64,000 nt of DNA from Macrostomum lignano (taxonomy: Eukaryota), in NCBI GenBank assembly GCA_002269645.1, contig NIVC01002326.1, positions 28,563-92,562 of the forward strand, read 5' to 3'. Below are positions 23,803-37,100 of the stretch, piece by piece; position 1 is the stretch's first letter, and each line of letters opens with the position of its first letter. Position numbers and translations under genes: made by a program. Under the pieces are notes generated by a model. The model worked only from the letters and a program-made list of their open reading frames with translations, was not told the origin of the DNA and made no database searches.

Positions 23803-26057
23803 TTAATTATCCTTCTTTCGACTATCGCTAGTACGAAGAGTAGTAGCAGCCTCATCGGAGACTGACAGGTCTTTACTAAGCCGGCGCAATCGCAGCAGCA
23901 CCAGATGAGGCACCAGAGCTACGCACAGGTTAATAGCCAGAAATATGGCTCTGGGCCCGGCCTGCGACGGGACCCGCCTAGCAAACGGAGTGCGCAGGTG
24001 AAATGGCGCTAAAGTGTAGGAGAACTGGCCCTGAGCAACGGCGCCTGCGGCAACTAGCGACCAGTCTAACAGGGCTCGTATATTTAGCCCGGTTGCCGGG
24101 GCCAGCAGAGCCCTAGCAACGGCTAGCAGGAACGGTGCTAGAAAATAGGCGTAAGTGAGCAGCTGGAATAGTGGAAATCTTTCCGCGTCACCGCTGTAGG
24201 GATCAACATCAACGGCCAGGTAGCGGCACACCGGGTGATTGCAGCCGACGGCAACTACAGCTCGAAGCAGGCAGATACAAGCGGTTGCTATGCAGGCCAA
24301 GGCGAGACAGGCGTCGGCTAAACCGGGGAAGCGTCTGGCATGATTGGCATTGAATATTGAGACATTATGAACTTTTAAACTTTTGATTGTTTATAGGATG
24401 CACCTCCCCTGATTTAGCTCATCCCCTAGAGGGAGTGCAGTTCGAGTGAATATAGAATATTCTCGAGGCTAGGGTCTAAAATATGAGGCTTGATAAGAGG
24501 GGCGCCAGTCAGTCAGGTGATGTACATCTTTTGTGGTCCTGAATGTACGATGAATACCTACAACCACGAAGAGGGATTGTGTGTGGCATACGTCTGTTTA
24601 TCGTATAAGAGCCCGCTACTTTTATCAGATGTCACTCATCTGACTCATCTGAATATTTTGAGAATTGGAGCAACATACGAGGCTCGCGCCTTTATTGGTA
24701 TCAAGGATGGCAAGGACAGTGATTACAACGGAGTGCGTACAACCACGAACAGTGCAATACCATAGACATTTTTATGATACTGTTGCACTAGGCCATAGAT
24801 ATATAATCATATTGTACCATAGACATTCTTCAAAAGCTACACCAGAGTGAGCGATGGGGTTTGAAGGCGGAGTCCCCACCCATTATTACCATAGACTATT
24901 TTTTGTTTTCTTTAAAGAAATTTCCGGGAAGTTAATGGAGTTTGGGCCACAATGGTCTATGGCTATTAAGAGGCACAGATATTGGCCATCCATGGCAAGA
25001 AGGACATTTGTACAATAGTTTGTTATAACTTTTGCTTCAGTTCGTTTTTATTCTAGAATAGAATAGTCTATTGTTTCAAGTTGAGTCTTCGCCCTCAGCC
25101 ACGCCCCAGACCGGCACCCAGACTGAATAACGTCTATGGCACAATATCAATGGACATAGATGAAGGAATTCTATGGAAAGAATAATTAGAATAATGCCTA
25201 CAGTTGTCATGCCTGTGTTTAGTAGCGCTGGCTGATGTAGATTTCAACTGTTTTTAGCGTCTTCTTCATAAAATAGCTTATACATTCTTCTTTGCTACTT
25301 AAACTAAAAGTAGTAGAGAAACTGTTAAACCAATTATATGCGTGTGACCAATCTTAGTTATGATAAGAAAGCAGCTCATTTCATGTTCCGCCTCTGCTAT
25401 GATAGGAAGCAAAAAGGGTTAATTTGCTAATTTCACCTACCTGGCACGCAGGCCAGCCAGACAGGCGGGCCGCAGCCCAGTGTCCGACCAGTCGGCGGTT
25501 CGCAGAGCCCTGTGCAGCACGTACAGCGGGTAGAGTGCAAACGGTACATTAAGCAGCAAAGCCGGCCTAAGCTGATGAGGCCCGCAGGCTGCGCCGCATA
25601 GCAACACAATAATACTATTCATCATAGAGCCGAACCAGTACAGACTGGTGTGCCTGTACTCGCCATTCCAGTAGATAGCGGTAACCATGTACAGGTACTG
25701 GGCGTAGTGCACCACACCGTCCCAGTAGTTGATGTACAATCCGTGCGAAGTTTTCAAATACGACTCGCCCTTCTCCAGATAGAAATCGGCAAATCCGTCA
25801 ACAAAGCCGTCCATGTCCATGGAGATCACCATGTCGATGGCGCAGCCGAAGCAGCCAAGCGCGAACGGGAAATACAGAGGCTCAATAGGCTTGCCTTTGT
25901 CCATGCCCAGCCAGATTATGAAGCAGATGGCGGACAGCACGGCTACTCCGATCGCTAAGATGACGGGCTCGGTCAGCTCCGAGCGGAAGTGATTGCATAT
26001 GAAACTGATCGGCACCGCGCTCACTGAGCACATTAACACCAGGAGGGGCACGTGCAT
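23803..26057 (-). CDS. TM6SF1: TM6SF1/TM6SF2-family multipass membrane protein (two EXPERA domains), 2 exons, ~382 aa
   Basis: join(26057-25441, 24334-23803), phase 2. Motifs GESYLKTSHG..INYWDGVVHY, YRHTSLYWFGS, AGAVAQGQFS and HLRTPFARRVP parallel TM6SF1/2. AATAAA lies at 23787-23792, just after the stop. The paralogue (1 vs 2) cannot be resolved. Confidence 0.88.
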
Positions 26058-26136
26058 GCTGGCGGCTTGCTGGCTTCTTGCTGCAAATATTAGTATGGGA
26101 AAGCGGCTGTGAATGCATACTGCCTATCTTGTCTAT

Positions 26137-26137
<1 letters not shown>

Positions 26138-26234
<97 letters not shown>

Positions 26235-26309
26235 CTAAGACAGACAGACAGACAGACAGACAGACACTAAGACAGACAGACAGACACTAAGACAGACAGA
26301 CAGACACTA

Positions 26310-26342
<33 letters not shown>

Positions 26343-26467
26343 CTAAGACAGACAGACACTAAGACAGACAGACAGACAGACACTAAGACAGACACTAAGA
26401 CAGACACTAAGACAGACAGACAGACAGACACTAAGACAGACACTAAGACAGACACTAAGACAGACAT
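26138..26467. repeat. (AGAC)n microsatellite with ACACTA interruptions
   Basis: Direct observation. Confidence 0.95.
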
Positions 26468-27179
26468 CAGACATACAAAATCCCAGTAATAAGCACAAAA
26501 ATATTTTATTAAATGGAGTTAACGTACTCGCACTTAAAACATCTGTAAAATCTCATATTTGGCTAACTTTATTGCAACTGGCAAACAGTTACACTGTAGA
26601 AATCACAGAGAGGAATTACCTATTCATATAATCGCTTATTGAAAGATTCTGTAGTGCAGTGGAAATCAATACAATAATTAAAGCAGCGAAATCGATGAAA
26701 GTTTTTTACTACATTTAATGGAAGTCTTTCTGACATGATTTTATGAAATTTAGTCAAAAATAACAAGACACTAAAAATGCGAGAAATAATACACAAATAT
26801 ACTGCTTAGACACTAATCAATTTGTTCATTAAGTCGCCATGTACGAGCGTAACTAAAAACTTCATTCAGAATCCTTGAAGTGACGGCAAGAGTTGCTTTT
26901 AGTTCCTCGAGTGCTGAGTCATTTTGAGTCCTCTCGAGCACACAGTTATTTAGAGTCCCTCTAGTGCTCAGTCATTTTGAGTCCCTCGAGCGCTCAGTCA
27001 TTTTGAGTCCTCTCGAGCACACAGTTATTTAGAGTCCCTATAGTGCTCAGTCATTCTGAGTCCCCTTGAGTGTGCTCAGTCACTTCGAGTCTCCCTCAAG
27101 AGTGCGGGACTCAAGAGTGCTCCGTCATGCCTAGTGAACCCTTATTGTTCTACCCAACTAACGGTTCAGTTTTAAATCA

Positions 27180-30100
27180 CTACAGTTCGAGCCCAAGCCT
27201 AGTAACCAGCTGAGTAACTCGGGCCACAGACTGCGGATTCTCGTGCGCCCGAAGGCCTTCAAGCGCCGTTGACCAGTCGGGCTGCAGAACGTGCGGTCCA
27301 ACAGTTGGCTGACGCAGAAGAGCCAGCAGTTCTCCTAGTCGGGTGAGCAGGCATTGAATCTCTGCGTAGCCGCAGTCAGGCGACGGTGGGCAGGACTCGG
27401 CGTAGGTCCGAATCTTAGTCAGCACTAGCAGGCACCGGTGCATATTGTCCTAGCGGGAATAAAGCCATGGAAGCTTGATTAGCCCCGCACCTGAATGGCT
27501 CCTTGATTAGCCCGGAATCATGACCCACTGCTGAGCCCGGAATCATGACCCACTGCTGACGCCCGGAATCATGACCCACTGCTGACGCCCGGAATCATGA
27601 CCCACTGCTGACGCCCGGAATCATGACCCACTGCTGACGCCCGGAATCATGACCCACTGCTGACGCCCGGAATCATGACCCACTGCTGAGCCCGGAATCA
27701 TGACCCACTGCAGACGCCCGGAATCATGACCCACTGCTGAGCCCGGAATCATGACCCACTGCTGAGCCCGGAATCATGATCCACTGCTGAGCCCGGAATC
27801 ATGACCCTAGCTTTCGGTCTGCCTGCAGCTCTATATGCCCAACCTCAACAGCACCAGTAGCACCAGGGCTCACCTGTACAGAGCAGGCCACCTTGGCCAG
27901 GCTGGTGGCCAGACAGCACCAAAGTCGGGGCGGCAGAGCCGACCAGCCGAGTTTCGCAGCCAGAATCTCGTAGGCCAACAGTTCCAGGCACTCGTACAGT
28001 CGGGCGATGCGCTGAGCCTCGCTTTCGCCGGCCACCTCGCCAGAATCCGCGCCGTCCAACTCGTCATTGTCGGCGCGTCGTCTGCTGCAGGCTTCGCCGA
28101 AGCCCCACAATAAAGTGAGGTACATCGGCAGGGCCCGGCCAATTGCTCGCTTCCACTGGGCCGCGGCGAAGTCCAGGCACTCGTCCAGCTGGTCCAGCAG
28201 CGCCCTCGGCCGCCGATCAATCAGTCGGCGAGCCAGCAGGGCCAACCGTCTGGCCACGGCGTCGGCGTGTCGATGTCCGCCGAACACCAGCAGGCTGCGC
28301 TCGGCCAGAGCGGGCAGCATCCGGCTCAAACAGTCGCCGCAATCGCCGCCGCCGCCGACATCGTCATTGGCAGCGGAGCTGTAGACTTCGTCTGCTGTCA
28401 GTAGCAAAATCAAATTGGCGAATTCGTCCAATAGGCGGAGACTGGCAGAGCAGGCGGCGGCAACAAGCGGCCCACCTGTAGTTTGCTGCTGTTGCCGCTG
28501 CTGCTGCTGCCGCTGCTGGCCTGACAGATAGTCGAATAGCACTTCAAGCTTAGCGGCAGTGTCGCCTGCGCCGGAGGTGTCACGAGTCAGGAACAGAGCG
28601 TAAGGCTGAATCTGTTGTAAGGTTAGAGAGTAGTGTAGCGTGTTTCAGTTACAGAGGCGGGGGGGGGCTGTGTGCGAGTGAGAGGCATCTCGCGAGAGGC
28701 GAGAGACACAACCGGCGAGAGGCATTACTGCCCATTCTACCCTGAGCAGGCACACAAGCGCACAGATACAGGCCCGCGAACAGCGGCCCTAACCTTATTT
28801 TTTATCGTTAGGCATGTACGCTTCATTGTGTCTTGGGGTGGCCTACAAGGACTTTGATTGCACGAACAGATTCAAGCCGAGATTCCAATTTAGCCCCAAA
28901 TTAATTTGACTGCACTTGGAATCGAGCCCAGGCCGCTGCGCCAGACCACTGCATTAAATAAGGTTTTATCACAGACAATTTTATCACAGACTCGTAAAGT
29001 CGACAAACAGATGAAGCCACCTAAGACCCAACACATGCCAGCTTCATGTGATCGTCATATAAAAGCTGAATTCAAGGCACAGAGTGTACACGCCTGACGA
29101 TTAGAAAGTCAGGACTAGACCACTGTACACCCTGTGTGAGCGTGTGTTTGAGTGCGTGCCCTCACTCACATTAGGCAACACTCACATTAGGCAACACTCA
29201 CATTAGGCAACACTCACATTAGGCAACACTCACATTAGGCAACACTCACATTAGGCAACACTCACATTAGGCAACACTCACATTAGGCAACACTCACATT
29301 AGGCAGCAGCTCTCCGCTTGAGGTGTTTTTCAATTCAATTTTTGCTTTTGACTCAAAAAAATTTTTTTACTTGTCACTCGTTATAAAATACATAGCTTGG
29401 AGGTCGCTTTTTCGCTGTGCGCCTCCCGCGCGTTGCTCGCCTTTCACATTAGGCATCACTCACATTAGGCAACACTCACATTAGGCAACAATCACATTAG
29501 GCAACACTCACATTAGGCAACACTCATATTAGGCAACACTCACATTAGCAGGGAGTTGCGCAATAAAATCCGGACCCAGCGATTCCAACCGATTCAACTC
29601 GTACAGAGCAGACAGACAGGGCAAATCGATGAGGCAGTGCAGCATCTCCAGGCTGCAGGCGGGCGACAGGCAAGCTGGCAGGATCTTATCGGCAAACATG
29701 TCAGCAAAGGTAGACGGCCACCTGGCTAGCAGTTTGATGAAGCTGGGAAAATGGCGGACAGTGATTCCATGCTCCCAGCATAATGGTTCGGCATTATCGG
29801 CAGTAAACCGTAGCAATTCTAAGCAGAACTCTTGCGAATTAATCAGCCGATCGATGCAGACTGTGTACAGCGGCGCGAGGAATTGCGGAGCGTCTTTGCC
29901 AACGCTGGCGTGGTGAGTTAATAAAAATCTTGCCAGTGTCACGTGCAGCGTTGCCGACTGTGGAATGGGTAAATTCACATTAGCAAATTACCACTGTTAT
30001 TTTTTACATAAAATACTAACACTGAATTTTAAGTCGGCCTGGTCTGCTTGTGCCATAATCGCAGAGAAGATAGATTTGGCCGCTGAAAATTTTGCTGCTC

Positions 30101-32572
30101 CCTACTGGCCAGTCACTTTAGCCGCTCCCTACTGTCCGGTCACTTTAGCCGCTCCCTACTGGCCGGTCACTTTAGCCGCTCCCTACTGTCCGGTCACTTT
30201 AGCCGCTCCCTACTGTCCGGTCACTTTAGCCGCTCCCTACTGTCCGGTCACTTTAGCCGCTCCCTACTGTCCGGTCACTTTAGCCGCTCCCTACTGGCCG
30301 TTCCCTACTGGCCGCTCCCTACTATTCGGTCACTTTAGCCGCTTCCTAACTGTCCGACAACTTTGGCTTATTATTCAATGCAACAAACCTGCGCAGGCGG
30401 AGGTGCCGGTCCAAGCAGCTGGGCGTAGAGACCCTCCATCCGGGTGAAATACCTGGCCAGCAGGCCGGAGTCCAGGCGGCACAACAGGCAGGCCAATTCG
30501 GCAGTCTCATTGAGCAGGGCGGGCATAACGGAATCGGCGTCGGCTTGAGCAGCCGGTTTTCTCTCGCACTGATCCAGCAGCTGCCAGCACAGGCTGTGCA
30601 AGTCCGATTTCACGGCCAGCCCGGTGCGGGCGACGCTGGCCGGGCTGCCGCATTCCAGCAGGCAGAGCAGCCAGCGTCGGAGAACGGAGAAAGCGGCGTG
30701 GCTCAACTCCAAGTCGGGGCTCCAGTGCGGGAACTGTGGGGAAAAAGGCCACGTCAGAGCGCCAAGACTACTGTTAGTAACATTTCTTGCGTGTCCGATA
30801 GAAAGCACCAACAATTGGAATTTGTTGAATAAGGCAAACCAAATAAATTGATAATATCCCTTCCCCACACTCCCCAATTACCTGATGTGCGCAGGTGAGA
30901 AACTGCTGACCAACCTGCTGACCAACTGGCTGCCCGTCAATCTCCGTCACTGCAGCCGCTGAGGCAGCGCTGACGCCGCCGACAGCCGATGCAGGCGAGC
31001 CGCCGCCGCCGCCGCCGAACTCGCCGGAGAGCCAGGCGCGGCCAGGCCAGCGAAGGATGTCAACCAAGGCGCACAGGCAGGCGTGCAGGCGATCGTCAGA
31101 TAGCAACAACGATGACGCTTGCTGCTGCTGCTTTTGCTGGCGACAAGCGTCGGCTAGGCGAGTGAGAAAGGCCAAGCACTGTAGCCGCCTCGCCGGGCTG
31201 GCCCGCTCGCCGCCACCCTGCGGACTTGACAGCTCACGAGTCGCCTGCCCAATTAGCGATTCGGCTGAGGCTGCGAAATTGAATAGGCGTTTCATTGTGT
31301 AGGTGCAGTTAGGCGCAAATAGATTCCCTAAAACGTACACGAGGCAAAGCTAGGGGGCGCGAGCTAGAGCCCAGCAGCAGAGTGGGCACAGCTACAGAAG
31401 GGGCGCCAGCTACAGTACAGATGGGGGCACGGCTACAGTACAGAGGGGGCGCCAGCTACAGTACAGAGGGGGCGCCAGCTACAGTACAGAGGGGGCGCAA
31501 GCTATAGAGGGCGCCAGCTACAGTACAGAGAGGGCACAGCTACAGTACACAGGGGCACAGCTACAGGGGGAGCGCCGCGCGGCGGCTACGGAGGGGGCGC
31601 CAGCTACAGTACAGAGGGGGCGCCAGCTATAGAGAGGGCGCCAGCTACAGTACAGAGAGGGCACAGCTACAGTACACAGGGGGCACAGCTACAGGGGGAG
31701 CGTCGCGCGGCGGCTACGGAGGGGGCGCCAGCTACAGAGGGGGCGCCAGCTACAGAGGGGGCGCCAGCTATAGAGGGGGCACTAGCTACAGAGGGGGCGC
31801 CAGCTATAGAGGGGGCGCCAGCTACAGAGGGGGCGCCAGCTACAGAGGGGGCGCCAGCTACAGAGGGGCGCCAGCTACAGAGGGGGCACTAGCTACAGAG
31901 GGGGCGCCAGCTATAGAGGGGGCGCCAGCTACAGAGGGGGCGCCAGCTACAGAGGGGCGCCAGCTACAGAGGGGGCACTAGCTACAGAGGGGGCGCCAGC
32001 TATAGAGGGGGCGCCAGCTACAGAGGGGGCGCCAGCTACAGAGGGGGCGCCAGCTACAGAGGCCCCTGCGACTGTTGCTGGAGGATGGCTGCCGTGACTA
32101 AATTAATGAAAATCTCACCAGCGGTCAGGCAGTCGGAGGAGCGCAGCAGGCCCAGGAGTTCGCCAGCCGCGGCGTCCAAAGCGGCTGACATCGCCTGCCG
32201 ATGAGCCTCAAAAAAAGCTGACCGCCGGCCATCGAAATAATAATCAATTAAAGTGTCAAGCAAAGCTCCAGCGGCCTCTTTGGCAAAGATGAAGCGTTGC
32301 TGCTGCTGTTTCGGCTGCCCAGCAACAGTTGCTACCCGGGCAATGAGACGCACAGTCATGCGGAGCTGGTTAGGCGCCAGGTCGCACAGGCCGGCCACGG
32401 CGTACCGAGCGCGCAGCCGGTGCAGCAGGCTGTTCAAATCTGGCAGATCAACGCCAGTGCCGTCGGCAGCGAATTCGAATGCCTCATCGTGCCGGCTGAG
32501 CAGCAATTCGAGTTCGCGAAGGCTGACCGATTCGGCCTGACGAATCTGGGCCTCGTAGGCTGTGCGGTTCAT
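27180..32572 (-). CDS. AP5Z1: AP-5 adaptor complex subunit zeta-1 (SPG48), 6 exons, ~869 aa
   Basis: join(32572-32119, 31270-30882, 30733-30389, 29957-29544, 28611-27874, 27449-27180), phases consistent. Colinear motifs: VTEIDG, AAFSVLRRWLL, LEMLHCLIDLPCLSAL, LWGFGE, LYECLELLAYE, TSLAKVA, TRLGELLALLRQPTVGPHVLQP. Confidence 0.88.
27510..27806. repeat. 25-26-bp minisatellite, AP5Z1 intron 5
   Basis: Unit GCCCGGAATCATGACCCACTGCTGA(C). Confidence 0.93.
29163..29548. repeat. 16-bp minisatellite in two blocks, AP5Z1 intron 4
   Basis: Unit CACTCACATTAGGCAA at ~29163-29305 and ~29445-29548. Confidence 0.92.
30095..30350. repeat. 27-bp minisatellite, AP5Z1 intron 3
   Basis: Unit GGTCACTTTAGCCGCTCCCTACTGTCC. 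Confidence 0.92.
31390..32062. repeat. ~18-bp GC-rich minisatellite, AP5Z1 intron 1
   Basis: Unit GGGGGCGCCAGCTACAGA. Confidence 0.92.
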
Positions 32573-32669
32573 GCTGCTGGCTTAGCCTATGTTGGCTCAG
32601 TGGCGCTGCTGGAATATTAGAAACAGCGGGCTGGTGCGATTGAGCCTGCATGTTTGTAATCCAGTCAGT

Positions 32670-33435
32670 ACTCTGTCCATCCTGTCCTGTTTACTGCCCA
32701 TCCTGTCCTGTTTACTGCCTATCCTGCCCTATTTACAGTCTATCCTGTCCTGTTTACAGTCTATCCTGCCCTGTTTACTGCCTATCCTGCCCTATTTACA
32801 GTCTATCCTGCCCTGTTTACAGTCTATCCTGCCCTGTTTACTGCCTATCCTGCCCTATTTACAGTCTATCCTGCCCTGTTTACAGTCTATCCTGCCCTGT
32901 TTACAGTCTATCCTGCCCTATTTACAGTCTATCCTGCCCTGTTTACAGTCTATCCTGCCCTGTTTACTGCCTATCCTGCCCTATTTACAGTCTATCCTGC
33001 CCTGTTTACAGTCTATCCTGCCCTGTTTACTGCCTATCCTGCCCTATTTACAGTCCATCCTGTCCTGTTTACAGTCTATCCTGTCCTGTTTACAGTCTAT
33101 CCTGGCCTGTTTACAGTCCATCCTGTCCTGTTTACAGTCTATCCTGTCCTGTTTACAGTCTATCCTGCCCTGTTTACAGTCCATCCTGTCCTGTTTACAG
33201 TCTATCCTGTCCTGTTTACAGTCTATCCTGTCCTGTTTACAGTCTATCCTGCCCTGTTTACTGCCTATCCTGTCCTGTTTACAGTCTATCCTGCCCTGTT
33301 TACAGTCCATCCTGTCCTGTTTACAGTCTATCCTGTCCTGTTTACAGTCTATCCTGTCCTGTTTACAGTCTATCCTGTCCTGTTTACAGTCTATCCTGTC
33401 CTGTTTACAGTCCATCCTGTCCTGTTTACTGTCTA
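32670..33435. repeat. 21-bp minisatellite in the hnRNP-AP5Z1 spacer
   Basis: Unit CTATCCTGCCCTGTTTACAGT. Confidence 0.95.
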
Positions 33436-34194
33436 CTCAGAGTCTGTCCTGAACAAATGGCAAAACAACTACAATGAGACATCAGTGGAGCAGAACGCTG
33501 AGGTGCAATTTGCGGAACGCAGTCGTTTTTGTATTTCTGCTTTTTGTCAGACGAGTGTTTCAACAACAAAAAGCTGAACAATAGAAAAAAAAGCGCAAGA
33601 AACGGTTGCGAAGCGAGCTGAAGGAGTGAAATTTAGACAGCTAGCTACTAGAGTGAGAACAAAGGTGCCGGCGTACCTTAATGAAATTACTAAATTTCCT
33701 GTATAGCAGAAATGATGCAGAGTTCGCTAATTTAGGTATTAATTTAACTTACCCACAAGATTAATTTAGACAAAGGACTGAAGCTGATATAAAAACACTG
33801 AATAATACATGAACAAAAAATAAGCAGGCTAAATATGGATAAGCTGGAAAATTGCCAGAACAGACAGACAAGACCTGTACACACAACGGTAGTGGGGATA
33901 AATTGTGCAACATTAGAATAGATAAATAAATATTGGTTATTAATAGCTTACCCTTAGCTTGTCTACCCTGAACACACAACTGTAATTACCGGGCAAAGTC
34001 GGCTACTATAATTTGGGACAATTGAATTATGAATATTGTTAAACTAAAAGCATTACAAACAGTTACAACAACAATTAGGGAATTGTATGATTATGTAACA
34101 AAAGAAAAGTTATATTAGAATTGCAAGTTTTACAAAAAGAAATTGTTTTGCTTTTTTAAGTCTACGTCACCGTGGCTGCGTGAGCACGAGTCAC

Positions 34195-37100
34195 TCAGTA
34201 GCGGAGGAAAATCTCAATGTAGCGGGTGCCTGGAATGTTTTTTTGTTTAAAGTGCACAATGTACGCGAGTAGATCTGAGCCTATTAAATCCATGTATTAA
34301 TCTGTACAGAAAGTCTGAAGTCAACACTGCTGAACCAGACGTAAAAATTCAACACAAAACTGTCACGTGTCACGTGACTGCTCAAAATTTATCTCATCAC
34401 TGCTCAAACCCTAATACCCGTCACTGCTCAAACCCTAACACCCACCAATGCTCAAACCCTAAAACCCGTCACTGCTCAAACCCTAACACCCATGTCAGTG
34501 CTCAAACCCTAACACCCGCCAATGCTCAAACCCTAATACCCGTCACTGCTCAAACCCTAACACCCGCCAATGCTCAAACCCTAATACCCGTCACTGCTCA
34601 AACCCTAACACCCACCAATGCTCAAACCCTAATACCCGTCACTGCTCAAACCCTAACACCCATGTCACTGCTCAAACCCTAACACCCATGTCACTGCTCA
34701 AACCCTAACACCCGCCAATGCTCAAACCCTAATACCCGTCACTGCTCAAACCCTAACACCCACCAATGCTCAAACCCTAATACCCGTCACTGCTCAAACC
34801 CTAGCACCCGCCAATGCTCAAATCCTAATGCCCGTCACTGCTCAAACCCTAACACCCACCAATGCTCAAACCCTAACACCCACCAATGCTCAAACCCTAA
34901 TACCCGTCACTGCTCAAATCTTAGCCCATCACTGCTCAAACCCTAACGCAATCCCAGCTAGCTCACCAAGGCAATCGCCGTTGCGAGCCAGAGCTTTCTG
35001 CTGCTCGTCGGCAGTATTAAAGAACACATCCGCTTCGCCGGAGCTCCGGCCGCTTGCGTCTGGCAGCACATTGACTCTGGCCGGCTGCAGCGGATAGAAA
35101 AAGTTGACAATCTCCCGCTCGCCGGCTGACCAGGGCAGGCCGCGCAGGTGCAGCTGAAATTTCAGTGGGATTCCAGCTACTTTAATAAGCATCACTAGCT
35201 ACTCCAATGAGCATCACTAGCTACTCCAATGAGCATCACTAGCTACTCCAATGAGCATCACTAGCTACTCCAATGAGCATCACTAGCTACTCCAATGAGC
35301 ATCACTAGCTACTCCAATGAGCATCACTAGCTACTCCAATGAGCATCACTAGCTACTCCAATGAGCATCACTAGCTACTCCAATGAGCATCACTAGCTAC
35401 TCCAATGAGCATCACTAGCTACTCCAATGAGCATCACTAGCTACTCCAATGAGCATCACTAGCTACTCCAATGAGCATCACTAGCTACTCCAATGAGCAT
35501 CACTAGCTACTCCAATGAGCATCACTAGCTACTCCAATGAGCATCACTAGCTACTCCAATGAGCTTCATTAGCTACTCCAATGAGTACTATGTAAGATGC
35601 AATAAGCATCCAAAGAATGCCACTATCTGCAGGAGAGAGCGCCACTTGCAGTAGCCGCCAAAGCAGTTATTATTGGCACAAAAATGCTCAAATTATAATC
35701 GATTGCTCACCTTAAAAGCCCCGCCACCTCGTCCCATGCCGCCGCCGCCACCCATGCCGCCGCGGAAGGCGCCACGCGGAGCTACGCCCATGGGGCCGCC
35801 GAAGCCAGCGCCAGCTGCGGCGCCACCAAATCCGCCGCCGCCGCCAGGCATGAGGCCGGGCACGCCGCCGCCGCCGTTGCCAAATCCGACTGGGCCGGCG
35901 CCGCTATCCGGAGCCTGGTGCAGAAACAAATCAATATAACGCGGGCCCATGTGCTGCTTATCCTTAGCCATGGCCGAGGCGGCGTCCTCGCCGTTGTAAA
36001 AGTCCACGTCAGCTTCGCCGCTGGGCAAACCGGCCGCGTTATAGTGCAATTCCACGTGAGCAATGCTCAGAGGGGCGAAAAATTCGGCAATCTCCTGCTC
36101 AGTAGCGGAATAGGGCAGGCCGCGCATATGCACCCAGTAGCCAGTGCGCGATGCCCAATCACTACCCGGCTTGCCCGATGACCCGAACCGCCTGCCCGCT
36201 GGCGGCCCAGCCTGATACGGACTGGGCCTGCCCAGACCCGGCCGCATTGGCATGGGCCCACCGGCCCGAGGCCCGCCCCGCATTGGGCCGCCCGCCACCC
36301 GGCCACCCATTGCCATTGGTCCGCCAGGATAACCAGGGGGGCCCGCATAACCAACACCTGGCTGTTGATAATCTCCGTAGGCACCGATGCCCGCATAGTC
36401 TGCAAGTAGTTATTATATTGTTTACAATAACAGTTCGAGTGGGGATGGGACGGGCGAGTGAGCTGCTTTATTAATTATATTATACTGCCATATAAAACTG
36501 CTGCAGAGTGCCCAGTCGAGGAGCATTGTGCATTCAACCAGGAGGGCAATCCAATCCAACCAACAACCACCGTGGCCAATCCAATCCAATCCAACAAACC
36601 ATGTGGCCAATCCAATCCAACCACCAACCACCGTGGCCAATCCAATCCAACCAAGTGTCTAATCCAATCCATTTATTCAATCCAATCCAACCAACCATGT
36701 GGCCAATCCAACCATGTGGCCAATCCAACCAACCATGTGGCCAATCCAACCAACCATGTGGCCAATCCAACCAACCATGTGGCCAATCCAACCAACCATG
36801 TGGCCAATCCAACCAACCATGTGGCCAATCCAACCAACCATGTGGCCAATCCAACCAACCATGTGGCCAATCCAACCAACCATGTGGCCAATCCAACCAA
36901 CCATGTGGCCAATCCAACCAACCATGTGGCCAATCCAACCAACCATGTGGCCAATCCAACCAACCATGTGGCATATCCAATTCAACCATGTGGCCAATCC
37001 AACCAACCATGTGGCATATCCAATCCAACCAAGTGTCCAAACCAATCAATTTTTCCAATCCAATTAAACCAACTAACCAATAAACAAGTCAACCAGCACA

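Noticed and set aside
32589-33477. Leucine-rich-repeat-like or Cys-rich ORFs (SILPCLQ)n
   Set aside because: Translation of a 21-bp spacer minisatellite.
34400-34947. Interstitial telomere (CCCTAA)
   Set aside because: There is only one hexamer per 24-bp unit, not tandem (TTAGGG)n.
35585-35640. Alternative hydrophobic last exon after qRRM3 (CTCCTGCAG|ATAGTG...)
   Set aside because: A single plausible acceptor running into a repeat; no independent support.
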